Origin: Octopus vulgaris
Taxonomy: Eukaryota
Reading direction: 5' to 3'
DNA length: 64,000 nucleotides
NCBI GenBank assembly: GCA_951406725.2
Contig: OX597816.1
Coordinates: forward strand, 60,326,001 to 60,390,000
The position numbers were made by a program, and so were the translations under genes. The first letter of the stretch is position 1. Each line of letters starts with the position of its first letter. Shown piece after piece: positions 13,395 through 27,040 of the stretch. The notes under the pieces were generated by a model that was not told the DNA's origin, did not search any database, and saw only the letters and a program-made list of their open reading frames with translations.

Positions 13395-13613
13395 GTTGCC
13401 AGCTCTGTCTGGCACCAGTGCGGGTGGCACGTAAAAAGCACCCACCACACTCACGGAGTGGTTGGCGTTAGGAAGGGCATCCAGCCGTAGAAACACTGCC
13501 AGATTTGACTGGGCCTGATGAAGCCTTCTGGCTTCACAGACCCCAGTAGAACCGTCCAACCCATGCTAGCATGGAAAACGGACGCTAAATGATGATGATG
13601 ATGATGATGATGA
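13395..13613 (+). mobile_element. RTE-associated 3' tail repeat ending in (GAT)n
   Basis: ggcacgtaaaaagcaccc...ggagtggttggcgttaggaagggcatccagc...ccatgctagcatgg...gatgatgat; related copies near 1375-1465, 3780-4245, 7820-8130, 18270-18560, 41960-42205, 42930-43110, 44055-44540, 53010-53140. Confidence 0.75.
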
Positions 13614-13625
13614 TATATATATATA

Positions 13626-13791
<166 letters not shown>

Positions 13792-13847
13792 TATATAATA
13801 CATATATATATATATATATATATATAATACATATATATATATATATA

Positions 13848-14092
13848 TCCTTAAATCCTTAAAAATGTTTTAGCCCGAAGGCCGCGGCCATGCTGGGGCA
13901 CCACCGCTGAATGAGCCACACTAGTTTGTGAATCCACCTCTGATACGTGGCACTTGATCAACAAGGGAGTTCCTGATGCTGCTGCCCGCATCCGTGTCTC
14001 CTGTCGTGAGGTAGGTTCATCTGGGACTCCCAACAAGAAGAGATCCAGTTTAGTTTTAAAGAAACCCACATCCACACCATGTAAGTCTCTCA
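13848..14092 (-). mobile_element. 3' end of a second CR1-type LINE family
   Basis: Minus-strand translation [26 protein letters not shown] matches the CR1 C-terminal motif; tandem tail (TTAAGGAT)n. Confidence 0.75.
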
Positions 14093-14108
14093 TATATATA
14101 TATAATAC

Positions 14109-14212
<104 letters not shown>

Positions 14213-14238
14213 TATATATATATAATACATATATATAT

Positions 14239-14387
<149 letters not shown>

Positions 14388-14395
14388 GTATGTGT

Positions 14396-14624
<229 letters not shown>

Positions 14625-14760
14625 TCTGTGTGTGTCTCTCTCTCTGTGTATATATATATGTGTGTGTATATATATATGTGTATATATATATATATATATA
14701 ATACATATATATATATATATATATATACATAATATATATATATATATATATAATACATAT

Positions 14761-14817
<57 letters not shown>

Positions 14818-14835
14818 GTATATATTTAAATATAT

Positions 14836-14866
<31 letters not shown>

Positions 14867-15426
14867 ATACATACATACATATATATAATACACACACAAT
14901 ACATATATACATATATATATAATATATACAGACAAACATATACATATATATATGCACACTTACACCTAGAGAGAAAAGAGAGAGGGGGAAAGAAAGAGAC
15001 AGACAGATAGGCAAACAGACATATGTAATGATTTTGTGAGGTTTACTGCATTAAACATTTACATGATCCATACATGTGTGTGTGTGTATATATATATATA
15101 AGCAAATAACCAAGACAGAGAATATATAGAGCAATGTGTTTGCCTTTGAACCTCTATGCATATTCTATCTCATGCACATCTGTCTATGAGGGCTGTTGAA
15201 GCCATTTAAGTGCAGTGTTGAAGAATGTAAGCAGACCTAAAATTCCATAGATTTCAGACAATTATTCTTATTCATCATTCATAACTGACAATGTTTAAAG
15301 TTCCTGTTTGCTTTTGGTGTTTTGTGGTTGTGAAGCAAGTAGGGGAGATGGGGGTAAGGGCTACTTTCTATTTTTGGAATCTCTGCCAAGTAAGTGTGTG
15401 TGTGGCGTGAAAGTTATATAGTATTC

Positions 15427-15485
<59 letters not shown>

Positions 15486-15595
15486 AATTTGCTATGATGA
15501 TTCGGTGTCTGACTGAAGATTGAAGGCTTCGAATGATTTGTCTGTGTAGCGTGTTCGTCCCTTCCTGTATTTCACGTTCATTATATATAAAAACA

Positions 15596-15643
<48 letters not shown>

Positions 15644-15881
15644 TAAGGGTAGAAATTGATATTTATCAATTAAGACCAGTGGTCTAGCATATTAAAAAAG
15701 AATCCGAAGATTAAAATATTTATATATACCAATTAAGGACTGAACACGAAAAGTGGACAGTCAACATGCTAGATATAGACGTCAAATCGTCATTCTCCAC
15801 AAAAGATTATGTTCTCAGATCAAACTCAACACAAAACCATAGCAATAAACAAGTGAAAAATATACGAAATAAAATAATTAC

Positions 15882-15946
15882 CCATGTACTAACTTAGTTT
15901 CAGCTGTTATTTTCCGCAAGGAAAACTGCAGCCATCATCAGCATGG
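15882..15946 (-). ncRNA. Type-I hammerhead ribozyme candidate
   Basis: Minus strand: ccatg-CTGATGA-t-ggctg..ttttcc-ttgc-ggaaaa..cagct-GAAA-CTA-agt-TAG-TA-catgg; all three stems pair, GUA triplet. Confidence 0.7.
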
Positions 15947-16183
15947 TCCGTTATAAATGTAATTTGCTGGACTAAATGCAAACACGATACCGAAATATCG
16001 CGTGCATGGAGTTCAGCCTATTACATTTGAATATATCTTTCAAATGCCTTTACTTTGGCGCGTTGAGACCCGAGAAAACTAGCCTGCAGCTAATAATTAG
16101 CAGCAGTACACATAAAAGGTTCAGGAGTATCACAGGAAGGTTAACAGAGAAAGTGTGAGACAGATGTGAAGGTAAATTAGATA

Positions 16184-16347
16184 GGCGCAGGAGCGGCTGG
16201 GTGGTAAGTAGCTTGCTTACCAGCCACATGGTTCTGGGTTCAGTCCCATTGCATGGCACCTTGAGCAAGTGTCTTCTACTATAGCCTCGGGCTGACCAAA
16301 GCCTTGTGAGTGGATTTGGTAGACAGAAACTCAAAAAGCCCATTGTA

Positions 16348-16410
<63 letters not shown>

Positions 16411-16983
16411 AGGTTTGGAGATGATGTACAGGTATTATATATTAGAAGAAATGAGGTAATCAGAAGATTGGATGGTTTATATTTACAGATATTTCTTAAA
16501 CCCAAAAAAGCATTTAACCATCCTCACAATGATAAAAAGAAATATAATTTATGGCCTGTGGCCCCCCCCCCCCGCCACCACACACTCAGTGACACTATGA
16601 AGTGGTCAAAGCTGAAATTCTTAGAACCCCCTTGGAGTCAATATTCTGTCCAGCAGACCAAAACATTTCTTTCCTCCTTCTTCCCTCTCCCTCCCCCTCT
16701 TTCTCTTTTGCACTCATCTCAGATACAAACACACACACACACACATGTTCTTTCTCTCACTTTCTCCTCATCCATCTCATCCTCTTGTACTCTCTTATAT
16801 TCCTCCCCACCACTACAAAACTCTATAAAATGATTAAAATTCCCCACACAGGAACTTAGTTTGATTTGAAAACCCCACTAGAATGGGAGAAAGCACTAAT
16901 GATCTAAGTGATATGATATATATATAAAAAATGTAATATATAAATAAATATCTGTGGATCTTCTGATTACCTCATTTCTTCTA

Positions 16984-17025
<42 letters not shown>

Positions 17026-17240
17026 ATGCTTGTGTGTCTGTGTTTGTCCCCACCAATATCGTTTGACAACTGATGGTGATGTGTTTATGTCCCTGTCACT
17101 TAGTGGTTTGGCAAAAGAGACAGATAGAATAAGTACTAGGCTTACAAAGTATAATTCCTGGGGTTGATTTGCTTGACTAAAGGCAGTGCTCTAGCATGGC
17201 CACAGTCAAATGACTAAAACAAGTAAAAGAGAAAAGAGAT
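16184..17240 (+). mobile_element. tRNA-derived SINE family A, interrupted in its central microsatellite
   Basis: Head ggcgcaggagcggctgggtggtaag...gggttcagtccc (A/B box-like), core ggcaccttgagcaagtgtctt, 3' half resumes about 17040 and ends aaacaagtaaaagag. Confidence 0.8.
16437..16989. mobile_element. Insert with ~32-bp terminal inverted repeats in (TA)n; possibly a truncated Penelope-like remnant
   Basis: 16437-16468 atatattagaagaaatgaggtaatcagaagat is the reverse complement of 16958-16989. Confidence 0.5.
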
Positions 17241-17259
17241 AAAAGGAGACTATAAATGT

Positions 17260-17835
17260 ACAGAAAACAGGCTTCTTCAAATGTTTGGGGGATCCTTAGA
17301 AGTCATTACCTAGACAACCAAGTTGGCAGTTGAGGCAGATGTTCTGAAAGCAGAGATGCTAGACTAAGAACAGGCTGAGTAAAGTTGTTGGTAACAAAGG
17401 GCCTCTCAGAGTGAAGGCAAATTGTACGATGCCTATGTATGAACAGCTATGCTACATGGCAGTGAAACATGAGCTGTGACAATAGAGGACATATGAAAGC
17501 TTGAAAGAAATGATCCATGTATGCTCTGCTGGGTGGTTAATGTCAGTGTGCATGTATGACAGAGTATAAATAACTTAAGAAAATAACTGGGTATACAATG
17601 TATCAGATGTAGTGTGCAAGAGAGAAGACTGTGCTGGTATGGTCATGAGATGTGTATGAATGAGGACAGCTGGATAAAGAAGTGCTGATCACTAACTGTG
17701 GAGGGAACCTGTGGAAGATGTGGGATGAAGTGGTGAGTAATGATTTTCAGATGTAGGGCCACACAGAAGAGATGACAAGGAACCAAAACTTCTGGCAATT
17801 TGCTGTGCTTGAGAAGATATGTCAAACTAAGTTAA
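17260..17835 (+). mobile_element. Decayed RTE-clade LINE 3' coding fragment
   Basis: Broken translation LHGSET*AVTIED..KLERND..MLCWVVNVS...VQERRLCWYGH..MNEDSWIKKC. Confidence 0.7.
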
Positions 17836-18158
17836 AATCGTGGCCATCCATACATACAGGTATGTCCTTTACAGTCAGGACTGCCCTCCCCACCACTCAC
17901 TGCAGGTACCCCCCCACCCGTGTGCTTATCTGCACACTCTCTATGTCCTCACACGTCTGCCACACCCAAATCCTAGCCACTCCAATTTTTTCTCACTGCC
18001 ACTTGCTACAGATATATCTCCCTCATCACTAAACATCTTCCCTCACATTCTTATGGAATACCCCTCTAACCCTTCTGTACTGCTTATACTCTCCCAGCCA
18101 GTATTCCTGTGAGTAGGTCCCAAATAAATTTCCAACACTATTTACTTTACTCTTTCTT

Positions 18159-18254
<96 letters not shown>

Positions 18255-18910
18255 ACTCTCTCTCAACTGAGAGGTCTCCATCTTGCAAGCTATTTGGTGA
18301 CCTCACTAGTGCTGGTGCCACAAAAAACACCCTGTTCTGGTGGCATGTAAAAAGCCTCTGAACTGGTGTCATAAAAAGTATCCAGCACACTCTGTAGAGT
18401 AATTGGTTAGGAAAGGCATCCACCCATAGAGACTATGCCAAAACAGATGATTTGAGCCTGGTGTGGCTCTTCAGCCTGCCAGCTTCTGTCAACCATTCAA
18501 CAGAACGGACATTAAATGAGATGATGACGATGATGATGGTGGTGATGATGATGATGATGGTGTGTGTGTATGTATGTATGTGTGTGTGTGTGTGTGTGTG
18601 TTACACTATTCATTTAGTCATTATTTTTGCATTGTTTGGTGGAGGGAAAGTCTTTTTGTGTGTGTGTCTATTTTCAGTTGGCAAAAATAATTCAATCAAC
18701 CATATTTTGGAGAACAGCTCATCAAGGTGGAAACGTATTAAGATAATGAAATAAAGCAGCAGAATTCAGTATTCATTGCACTTTTGCAAAACTACCATTC
18801 CATTACAATAGATTCAATGCAGTTTGTTAGGATTTTCGGATTTACTTGCTGATGTGTAACATGCACACACACACACACACAGATAGAGAGATAGATAGAT
18901 AGAGAGAGAG

Positions 18911-18943
<33 letters not shown>

Positions 18944-18971
18944 CTGACAGGCATAAACACATATGCATATA

Positions 18972-19003
<32 letters not shown>

Positions 19004-19130
19004 ACTTACTTGGAAAAGGGTGCCTGGCGTTTGATCATATAATAATATAAATAAAATATAAATATATGCATATATACATACATATGTACATATATGTATG
19101 TATATATGCATATATTTAAATATAATTTAT

Positions 19131-19170
<40 letters not shown>

Positions 19171-19263
19171 TATATACATACATATATTTAAATATGTGTA
19201 TATATATATACATACATATACATATATCATCATCGTTTAACGTCCGTTCTCCATGATATATAG

Positions 19264-19294
<31 letters not shown>

Positions 19295-19382
19295 CATATA
19301 TGCATATATATATATATACATACATATATGCATATATATATATATATATACATACATATATGCATATATATATATATATACA

Positions 19383-19420
<38 letters not shown>

Positions 19421-19545
19421 TGCATATATATACATATATATATATATATATTTATATACATATATATATATACATATATGCATATTCACATATATTTATA
19501 TATATATATATACATATATGCATATATACATATACACACACACAT

Positions 19546-19605
<60 letters not shown>

Positions 19606-20299
19606 GTTTGTGTGTCTGAGTGTATATATATGTATGTACGTATATATGTTCAAATATGTACATGCACATATGTAGATATTTACACATGCACACACATACG
19701 CATGTATATATTAGGAGAGAGAAACACACACTATATATATATGTATATTCATGATATAATCAGTTACTCCAGCAGTTACTTATGATGCTACATAATCCTG
19801 CTTCATTTCTGTTTCTGCAGAAAATGCATTTTTTGAAAAGACAACAGTTGCAAATGTAATTTATAATCAGAAATGTGAAGAAATCAGCTGATTTTAGAAA
19901 ATAGCACTGGAAAATGACCAAAGTCAGTAAGCACTGCAGGATTTTCTGTGATTAATAATAAACTCAGATATCTGCAGGAAGACAGAGCAACGATGTTGTT
20001 CCATGAGAATGTGTTAGAACTACAGATATCTTTGATTTGTCTCTGTCATTGAATTGTGGCATTGGTGGGGCACCACCTTAGAGGGTGCAGTCAAACAAAT
20101 CCAACCCAGCACTTATTCTTTTAAAGTCTGGTGCTTATCTTATTGGTCTCTTTTGCTTAACTGCCAAGTTATGGCGATGACAAACCAACATTAGTTGTCA
20201 AGCAATAATGGGAGACAAACACATTAACGTGCATACATATATGAGTGTGTGTGTATATATATGATGGACTCTCCTGTCGTTGGACGATGTATGAGAATT

Positions 20300-20500
20300 T
20301 TATTTCTTTATTGCCCACAAGGGGTTAAACATAGAGGGGACAAACAAGGACAGACAAAGGGATTAAGTCGATTACATCAAATCCAGTGCATAACTGGTAT
20401 TTAATTTATCGACCCCAAAAGGAATTTGAACTCAGAACATAAAGACAGACGAAATACTGCTAAGCATTTCGCCCGGCTTGCTAACGTTTCTGCCAGCTCA
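20300..20500 (-). mobile_element. SINE family C fragment
   Basis: Reverse complement gagctggcagaaacgttagcaagccgggcgaaatgcttagc...ttctgagttcaaattcc; related copies near 40140, 42550-42740, 51040-51550, 61810-62030. Confidence 0.6.
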
Positions 20501-20871
20501 GTTTAACAATTCCTTACCATACAACCACACAGATGATTTGTTTATTGTGAGCAAATGTTTGTGTAGACATAAGTTCACTCTCTCCATCAGATTAACATTA
20601 CCTGTACAGGTGCAACAGGTGCCATTTGTCAGATGTTGAAATGATTGCAGAGCAACATGAAATGAAGTGCTTTGCTCAAGAACACAAGCTAATGCCCATT
20701 CTGAGAATCAAACTCATAATCTTGCAACCATGAGTGCAACATCTTAACCACTAAGCCAGGTACATATATATATAACGGGAAGGTTTAGGAAAATAAACAA
20801 AAGACGAAGGCAGCTGGAGTACAAACAAACAAATGTATTAGTATGGTGCTCAGGAATAGAAATAGAACAAG

Positions 20872-20909
20872 TCTTTTACGTTTCAAGCCTACGCTCTTTG
20901 ACAGAAAGA
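20872..20909 (-). ncRNA. Degenerate minimal hammerhead-like motif
   Basis: Minus strand: tcttt-CTGTCAA-a-gagc-gtag-gctt-GAAA-CG-TA-aaaga; stems intact, core deviates from CTGANGA. Confidence 0.45.
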
Positions 20910-22080
20910 TACACAGAAAAAAAAAGAGAGAAAAAAAATTGTGTGTAGGAGCTAACGATCTATCATATATATATATACACACACACAATGGGTCTCTTTT
21001 AGTTTGCATCTACCAAATCCATGAAGAAGGCTTTGGTCAGCCCAGGGCTATAGTAGAAGACCCTTGCCTAAGGTTCATCCAATGGGACTGAATCCAAAAC
21101 AGTGTGGTTGGGAAGCAAACTTCTTACCTCCCCTCTCCACACCACCAATGTTGTCCAAGGAAAAAGCAAAGGCGGATACAGCTTGGCACCTGTGACATCA
21201 CAACTCATTTCTACAGCTGAGTGAACTGGAGCAATGTGAAATAAACACAATACACAGCCGGGTCCAAGAATCAAACTGACAACCTCATGATTGTAAGCCC
21301 AATACTCTCCCCACTGAGCCATGCACTTTCACAACATGTGTATGTGTGTGGGTGTGTACTTTAACTTGTATTTCTCCAAACATCTGATTGTTCAGTGGAT
21401 CTTTAAGCTTCCCTATCTTCCTTTTCCTGACTGGTTTGTATCTCTAAGTCCTTCTTGCGCTATGTTAGAAGTCACTAACCAAATATGTGTGTGTGTGTGT
21501 GTGTGACACACACACACACACACAGAGGTACACTCATACACGCATCTTAGATATAAACATGCATAAAAAAATAGTTGCTGCAGATGAGTCACTTGGAGAG
21601 CATATCATATAGAGGTTATAAAGGGTGATTGGTGATGGCAGGACCGATGCAAGAGAAAATGGGGGAAGAAAATTACATGGGGTGTGCATCTCTATGGCCC
21701 AAACAAATTATTATTTATCATCAATGAAAATTTTACTTAACTTGAATAATTCCACATTTAAAATGTTGAAAGTAACATAACCATTCAACAACATAATTAG
21801 ATAACAAAATATTACTACATGTGAAACTGCAAAAATACCATAATATTGGTCCCAGAAAGTTACAAAAGAGAACCAAGAGGGGATCAGCAATAAATGGTCA
21901 GTGGCATCTCATGTTTGAAGGAATAAGGGATCAGTGTTGATAATCAATCATTCTAAGACTGAATCGTGGCATGGAATCATACTAGCTTTAATATAATATA
22001 CCAATTCTCTGTCTTGAACAAACTATTATTATTAATGAGAATAATATATATAAATTAAAACAGATTGGGAGATCGAAAAT

Positions 22081-22123
22081 CCACCTGACGAATGTCTTTG
22101 AAGACATGAAACGATTGTAGTGG
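22081..22123 (+). ncRNA. Minimal type-I hammerhead ribozyme
   Basis: ccac-CTGACGA-atgtct-ttga-agacat-GAAA-C-gatt-G-TA-gtgg: canonical core, perfect stems I and II, minimal near-palindromic stem III. Confidence 0.85.
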
Positions 22124-22779
22124 CGGTTTATTTCTTTATATTAAAAATTTTTATGTATTGATTAAGTCTTTCCTTGTTTGTTTTGCAAAATAGTGGTTTT
22201 ATCTCGAATTAATATTATATAAGCTCTTTAATGTATCATTCTGCAAAACATATAGAACATAGGATGATACAAGAGAAAACTTTAAAAAGTATATATTAAG
22301 AAAAAGAAGATAGTCAGGATTTCGAGAAAAACTATTTATTTAGCATTTTTGTCCCATTTTAGGAAGTCATTATGAGTGTGTTGTTTTTTAGAAAATTCAT
22401 ACCTTTTATATATATATATATATGAGTTAGCTGAAAAAAATGTTATTCTAAATCTATATATGTATATATGTGTGTTAATACATAAGTGCATGTAAACATG
22501 TGTGTGGGTAATTTTTAGAGGCATGGTGAAAGAAAGAAAGAAAGAAAGAAAGAAAGAAAAAAGGGGGTGGGTTCTGGAATGGTTGAAATTGATGACAGGC
22601 CAAAACTGTAAAATGTTTGTCAATTGCATTAAATTTCTTTCAGACATTGTGAACTGGAAAATTTTTGATCAGTTCTCATGTAGAAATTAGAATCTATCAA
22701 ATTGCTTTTGAAGGATTTTAAATGTGTGTGTGTGTCTGTCTGTGTGTTTAAGTGTATGTGTGTTGTGTTTCTTTTAATC

Positions 22780-23148
22780 TTTTACTCTTTTACTTGTTTC
22801 AGTCATTTGACTGTGGCCATGCTAGAGCACTGCCTTTAGTTGGGTAAATCAACCCCAGGACTTATTCTTTGTAAGCCTAGTACTTATTCTATCGGTCCCT
22901 TTTGCTGAACCGCTAAGTTATGGGGATATAAACACACCACTATCGGTTGTCAAGCGATGTTGGAGGGGACAAACACAGACACACACACACACATACATAT
23001 ATATATATGTGTGTATATATATATACATATATACGACAGGCTTCTTTCAGTTTCTGTTCACCAAATCCACTCACAAGGCTTTGGTCAGCCCGAGGCTATA
23101 GTAGAAGACACTTGCCCAAGGTGCCACACAGTAGGAATGAACCTGGAA
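22780..23148 (-). mobile_element. tRNA-derived SINE family A
   Basis: Reverse-complement match to the 39591-39983 copy. Confidence 0.8.
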
Positions 23149-23549
23149 CTCCTGTGCCTGTGTGCTAATTGTTTAAGTGAAATTTTCCAGTTGTTTTAGT
23201 AACAGTAATGAGAACTTTATTAACAATAATATCCAGTGGTAATCTGGTTTGGTTCATCTAGGAAATTAATATTTTTAACAAGGATTACTCAAATATAATT
23301 TTTACATACACATTTAGCTTTGGTAAAATTTTGTTATAAAATGTAGTTAGTTCCATTGCCTTCTGGTATTTGGGGTCCTTCATGAGGCATCTGTAGAAAG
23401 GAAAGAACTTGAATCCCACATATTTCCAGGTGCATGCTCAGAAGAAACTTGCATTAATTTTTTTTGTCTGATGTATGTCTATAGATTCTTGCATGTTGGC
23501 ACAGGAAACTGTTGATTTCACTAATATAATTCTCTTTGCATTTGGGACA

Positions 23550-23590
<41 letters not shown>

Positions 23591-23592
<2 letters not shown>

Positions 23593-23779
23593 GCTAGTGG
23601 AAAATCACGAGAGACGAAAGAAGCTTCATTCTATCATAAAGGAAAGCAAAAAATTTGCTATTGATCTCGTGCAGGATACCCAAACTGAACAACCCGAGGG
23701 AAGTACGGCAACTATTGTTGCAAAGAAGGTGAAAATAATGGCAATGAAAAAAGCGCATGAGCAATTGGCCCTACGCTGA
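23591..23779 (+). mobile_element. Probable Dong/R4-clade LINE internal fragment in (TAA)n
   Basis: KLVENHERRKKLHSIIKESKKFA...AKKVKIMAMKKAHEQLALR resembles the post-RT region of R4-type ORFs; follows an (AAT)n tract. Confidence 0.55.
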
Positions 23780-24338
23780 ATAACAGGAGAAGCCACACTA
23801 CACCGGGCTCCCCATTCAAAAACAAATCTAATCCACTAACATCGATGGAATTAGATAAAGGAACATGTGGAAGACTTGAAGGAAACGGTCTTTTAACGAA
23901 AATAATAAAACAAAAAAGCGAAATTTTTTTGCCATACAAAACATAGTTTCTCCTATGCACAATATCGTAGTGAAACATGTGCGAAACACACGAGAAATCA
24001 ACATCAGAAAGTTTACAAATTATAAAATAGAAAAGGAACAAAACAGTAAGTACATAAATTGAGTAATTATGCATACACTCAAATATCTACACATTCATAT
24101 ATATATTTTGATACCCATAGGACTTCACATACATCTCATTATTTACACAACTTCGTGAAATTTACAGGACACATATTTACACATATGAAAACACATGTCA
24201 CAAACAAAACAAAAACAAAACATTTTTCTTCTTTCCTTTTATTTTTTGAACTAACACAGACAGAGTGAACCATTCCTAAGTTTAAAACACCACAAAAAAC
24301 TATGCTCAGAGATAAATCTATCAATAAAAAAAATACAA

Positions 24339-25380
24339 ATGAATACAGGTCTGTTAGCCTTAAGAAGCTACGTTATGAGCAATGTTTGTTTACATGCAGA
24401 GAACTCGGTGATGGTGTTATCTCAAAAAATTGACCCTAAACAGACAAATCCATCCCCTAATGTTCCACGTACTCAAATGATGAACCAGATTCAATATGAA
24501 AAATCAGCTATGGGTTCAAATCTTCCCAATACACAGGAGCTGGAAGTACCCCACAACCGGAATATTCCAATAGATGGCCATCCTTGCTCATCATCAAATA
24601 AGCAAAAGAAAAAGATTGGAAAATGGTCTAGGGAAGATAATAAAGAAGTTCTTACAGCCTTCTGCCATGCCATATATTTCCCCACAAATAAATCTAATAC
24701 TGTACAAACCTACTTAAACTGGAGACAGAAGCACCTTGAAGTAAGATCCTATATAGACAATAACAAACTTGCCAATGTCATAAGAAACATTATAAAAAAA
24801 AAATTACAAACTGAAGTAGAGATTGACCAAATTAAACAAGCAGTAAGGGATAAAAAGAACAAAGCTGCAGCTAAAGACGGTACTACAGAGGAAATAGTTA
24901 TAGACCAGCCCAGGGCTGATGAAAATGCAATAATGATTGAAAGAGCTAATGTAAATAATAGGCAAAGTGAAATACTCTCTGAACCAAACATAAACACTAA
25001 GACAGATGAACACCAAATAGATGAAGAAAGTCACACAAATATTGACCTAACAGAACTACATGAGCTAAAAAATCAAATCATGATTGAATGGCTGAAAATT
25101 AAAGAAGCAAGTATGGATGAACGTGAAATTCTTCTCTAAATTTGCAATTCTAACCAAAACCTGAAAATAATTGGTAAAATCCGCTTTGCACTTAAGGATA
25201 TAATTTCAGCTAATGATGTTGATATTACAGATCTGAACCACCTGTACTATGCATCAGCAAAAATCTCAAAAATTCTATGTGGTGAAAAGATTATAAAATG
25301 ACAACATTCCCATAAAAAGCATTCTTGGCAAGAGCGTATTCAACACCAAATTAATCTCTTATGGAAAGTATTAACAGGCA
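24339..25380 (+). pseudogene. Dong/R4-clade LINE N-terminal ORF fragment
   Basis: KWSREDNKEVLTAF...YLNWRQKH...NNKLANVIRNIIKKKL.TEVEIDQIK; after a frameshift DITDLNHLYYASA...SWQERIQHQIN; no RT follows. Confidence 0.7.
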
Positions 25381-25649
25381 TCCTCACAGGAAAAATATAT
25401 ACATTCCTTGCTGAAAAGGATTTAAGGATACCAAAAGCCACTTTGTGATAGATAAGATTGTAATGAAGAACTGCAAACAGTACCAAAAACTTGTGTGTGG
25501 CCTGGAGAGACTTTTAAAAGGGTTACGATGTGTTGTTGCATTTGTGGACTTTGGAAACACTCGACATGTATGGAATAGCTGAGAACATGTGTGCATGGAT
25601 AAAGAACAGCATGTCTAGTTTGGAAAATATGTCATTTCTGTAACAAACA

Positions 25650-25865
25650 TAAAGGTTGTTCCAGTTGACATCAGAGCATGGGTTCAATACCACCTAACCT
25701 GAAGAAACATCTGGAAACTTTAGAAATACCTTACAATCTAGGTGCATTGCAAAAATGGCATTACTTGAAACTGCATGCACCTTGTGTAAAGTACTGTCTG
25801 TCTGAGGTCCTTATTGTGACTTGACAGACAGCACACACAATATCTTCAATCAACATCAGGATATT
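25650..25865 (+). mobile_element. Dong/R4-clade 3' end fragment
   Basis: VVPV..AWGSIPPNLKKHLETLEIPYNLGALQK..LLETA..L.KVL, followed by (TAA)n. Confidence 0.65.
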
Positions 25866-25903
25866 GGATACTGTGTGATGTCTTGAATAATAATAATAAT
25901 AAC

Positions 25904-25980
<77 letters not shown>

Positions 25981-25982
25981 TA

Positions 25983-26372
25983 ATAGTCTTAATTGAGAAA
26001 AGAAACAAACTATACTGGATCATAGATATAGCATACCCAGCTGACAACAAGGTATGCGATAAGGAAGAAAGAAAAGTCGAGAGATATGACAGGTTAGCTT
26101 GGGAAGTTAAGCAGTTGTGGTCAATACAAAAGGTAGTAGTAGTACCAATAATTGTCGGAGCCCTGGGGACAGTGAGCAAAACTTTCAAGAAGTACGTGGA
26201 ACAAATAGGGGCTGCAATAAGGGTGGAGTACTTGCAGAAAACAGCACTGCTTGGAACCACTCGAATACTCCGGAAGGTACTCGAAAAATAATAGGTGTTA
26301 CCTTAGTTCACTGGTAGTGAACAGCTGACACTGTAATACATCTCCAGCATTAGAAGCTGTACAAAGGCAACA
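25983..26372 (+). mobile_element. Dong/R4-clade restriction-like endonuclease C-terminus plus 3' UTR
   Basis: Open frame 25983-26291 IVLIEKRNKLYWIIDIAYPADNKVCDKEERKVERYDRLAWEVKQLW...VPIIVGALGTV...LQKTALLGTTRILRKVLEK*; (TAA)n on both sides. Confidence 0.85.
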
Positions 26373-26589
26373 ATAATAATAATAATAATAATTATATGAG
26401 ATCACCATGTCGTGCACATAGGGTTGTGATGCATGTGCCTGGTGTACCCTTGTCAGACAGGTAGTCATGATGGGTATACTGGGCTTCATATATTTTACCC
26501 CAGTGTTACTTTGATGGCATGCACTGCTCTCTCACTCAATAATAATAATAATAATGAGGAGGAGGAGGAGGGGGAGGGAGGAGGATTTC

Positions 26590-27040
26590 CTTGGATTATG
26601 AAAACAGTAAATGTTGTGCCTTTAATAATTAATGCATTGGGAACTGTAAGCAAAGATAATTTTTGTTTTTTATATTTTGCCCAAATGGTTCAAAAGTTCA
26701 CTTTATAACCCAATGTCCAGACTGATAGAATAAGTACTAGGCTTGCAAAGAATAAGTCCTGGGGTTGATTTGTTTGACTAAAGGTGGTGCTCCAGCATGC
26801 CCACAGTCAAATGACTGAAACAAATAAAAGAATAAAATAATAAAATGGTTGAAGGAGATTGGAATAGAATGCTCTGCAGAGCTTCAACAAAAAGTTTGCC
26901 TCTGTGAAACTGGAAAGATTATCAGGAGGGTTCTAAGCATTTGAAAGACTCTTGAAAGCTTGTGGATACCTATGGTTACAGGTGTAACCCACTACCAACA
27001 TAAATCCCACAAAGAATAAGACTGAACCTGAGCCAAATCA
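26590..27040 (+). mobile_element. Another Dong/R4 3' fragment split by a SINE piece
   Basis: WIMKTVNVVPLIINALGTVSKD ... KWLKEIGIECSAELQQKVCLCETGKIIRRVLSI*; SINE A tail at about 26720-26840. Confidence 0.65.
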
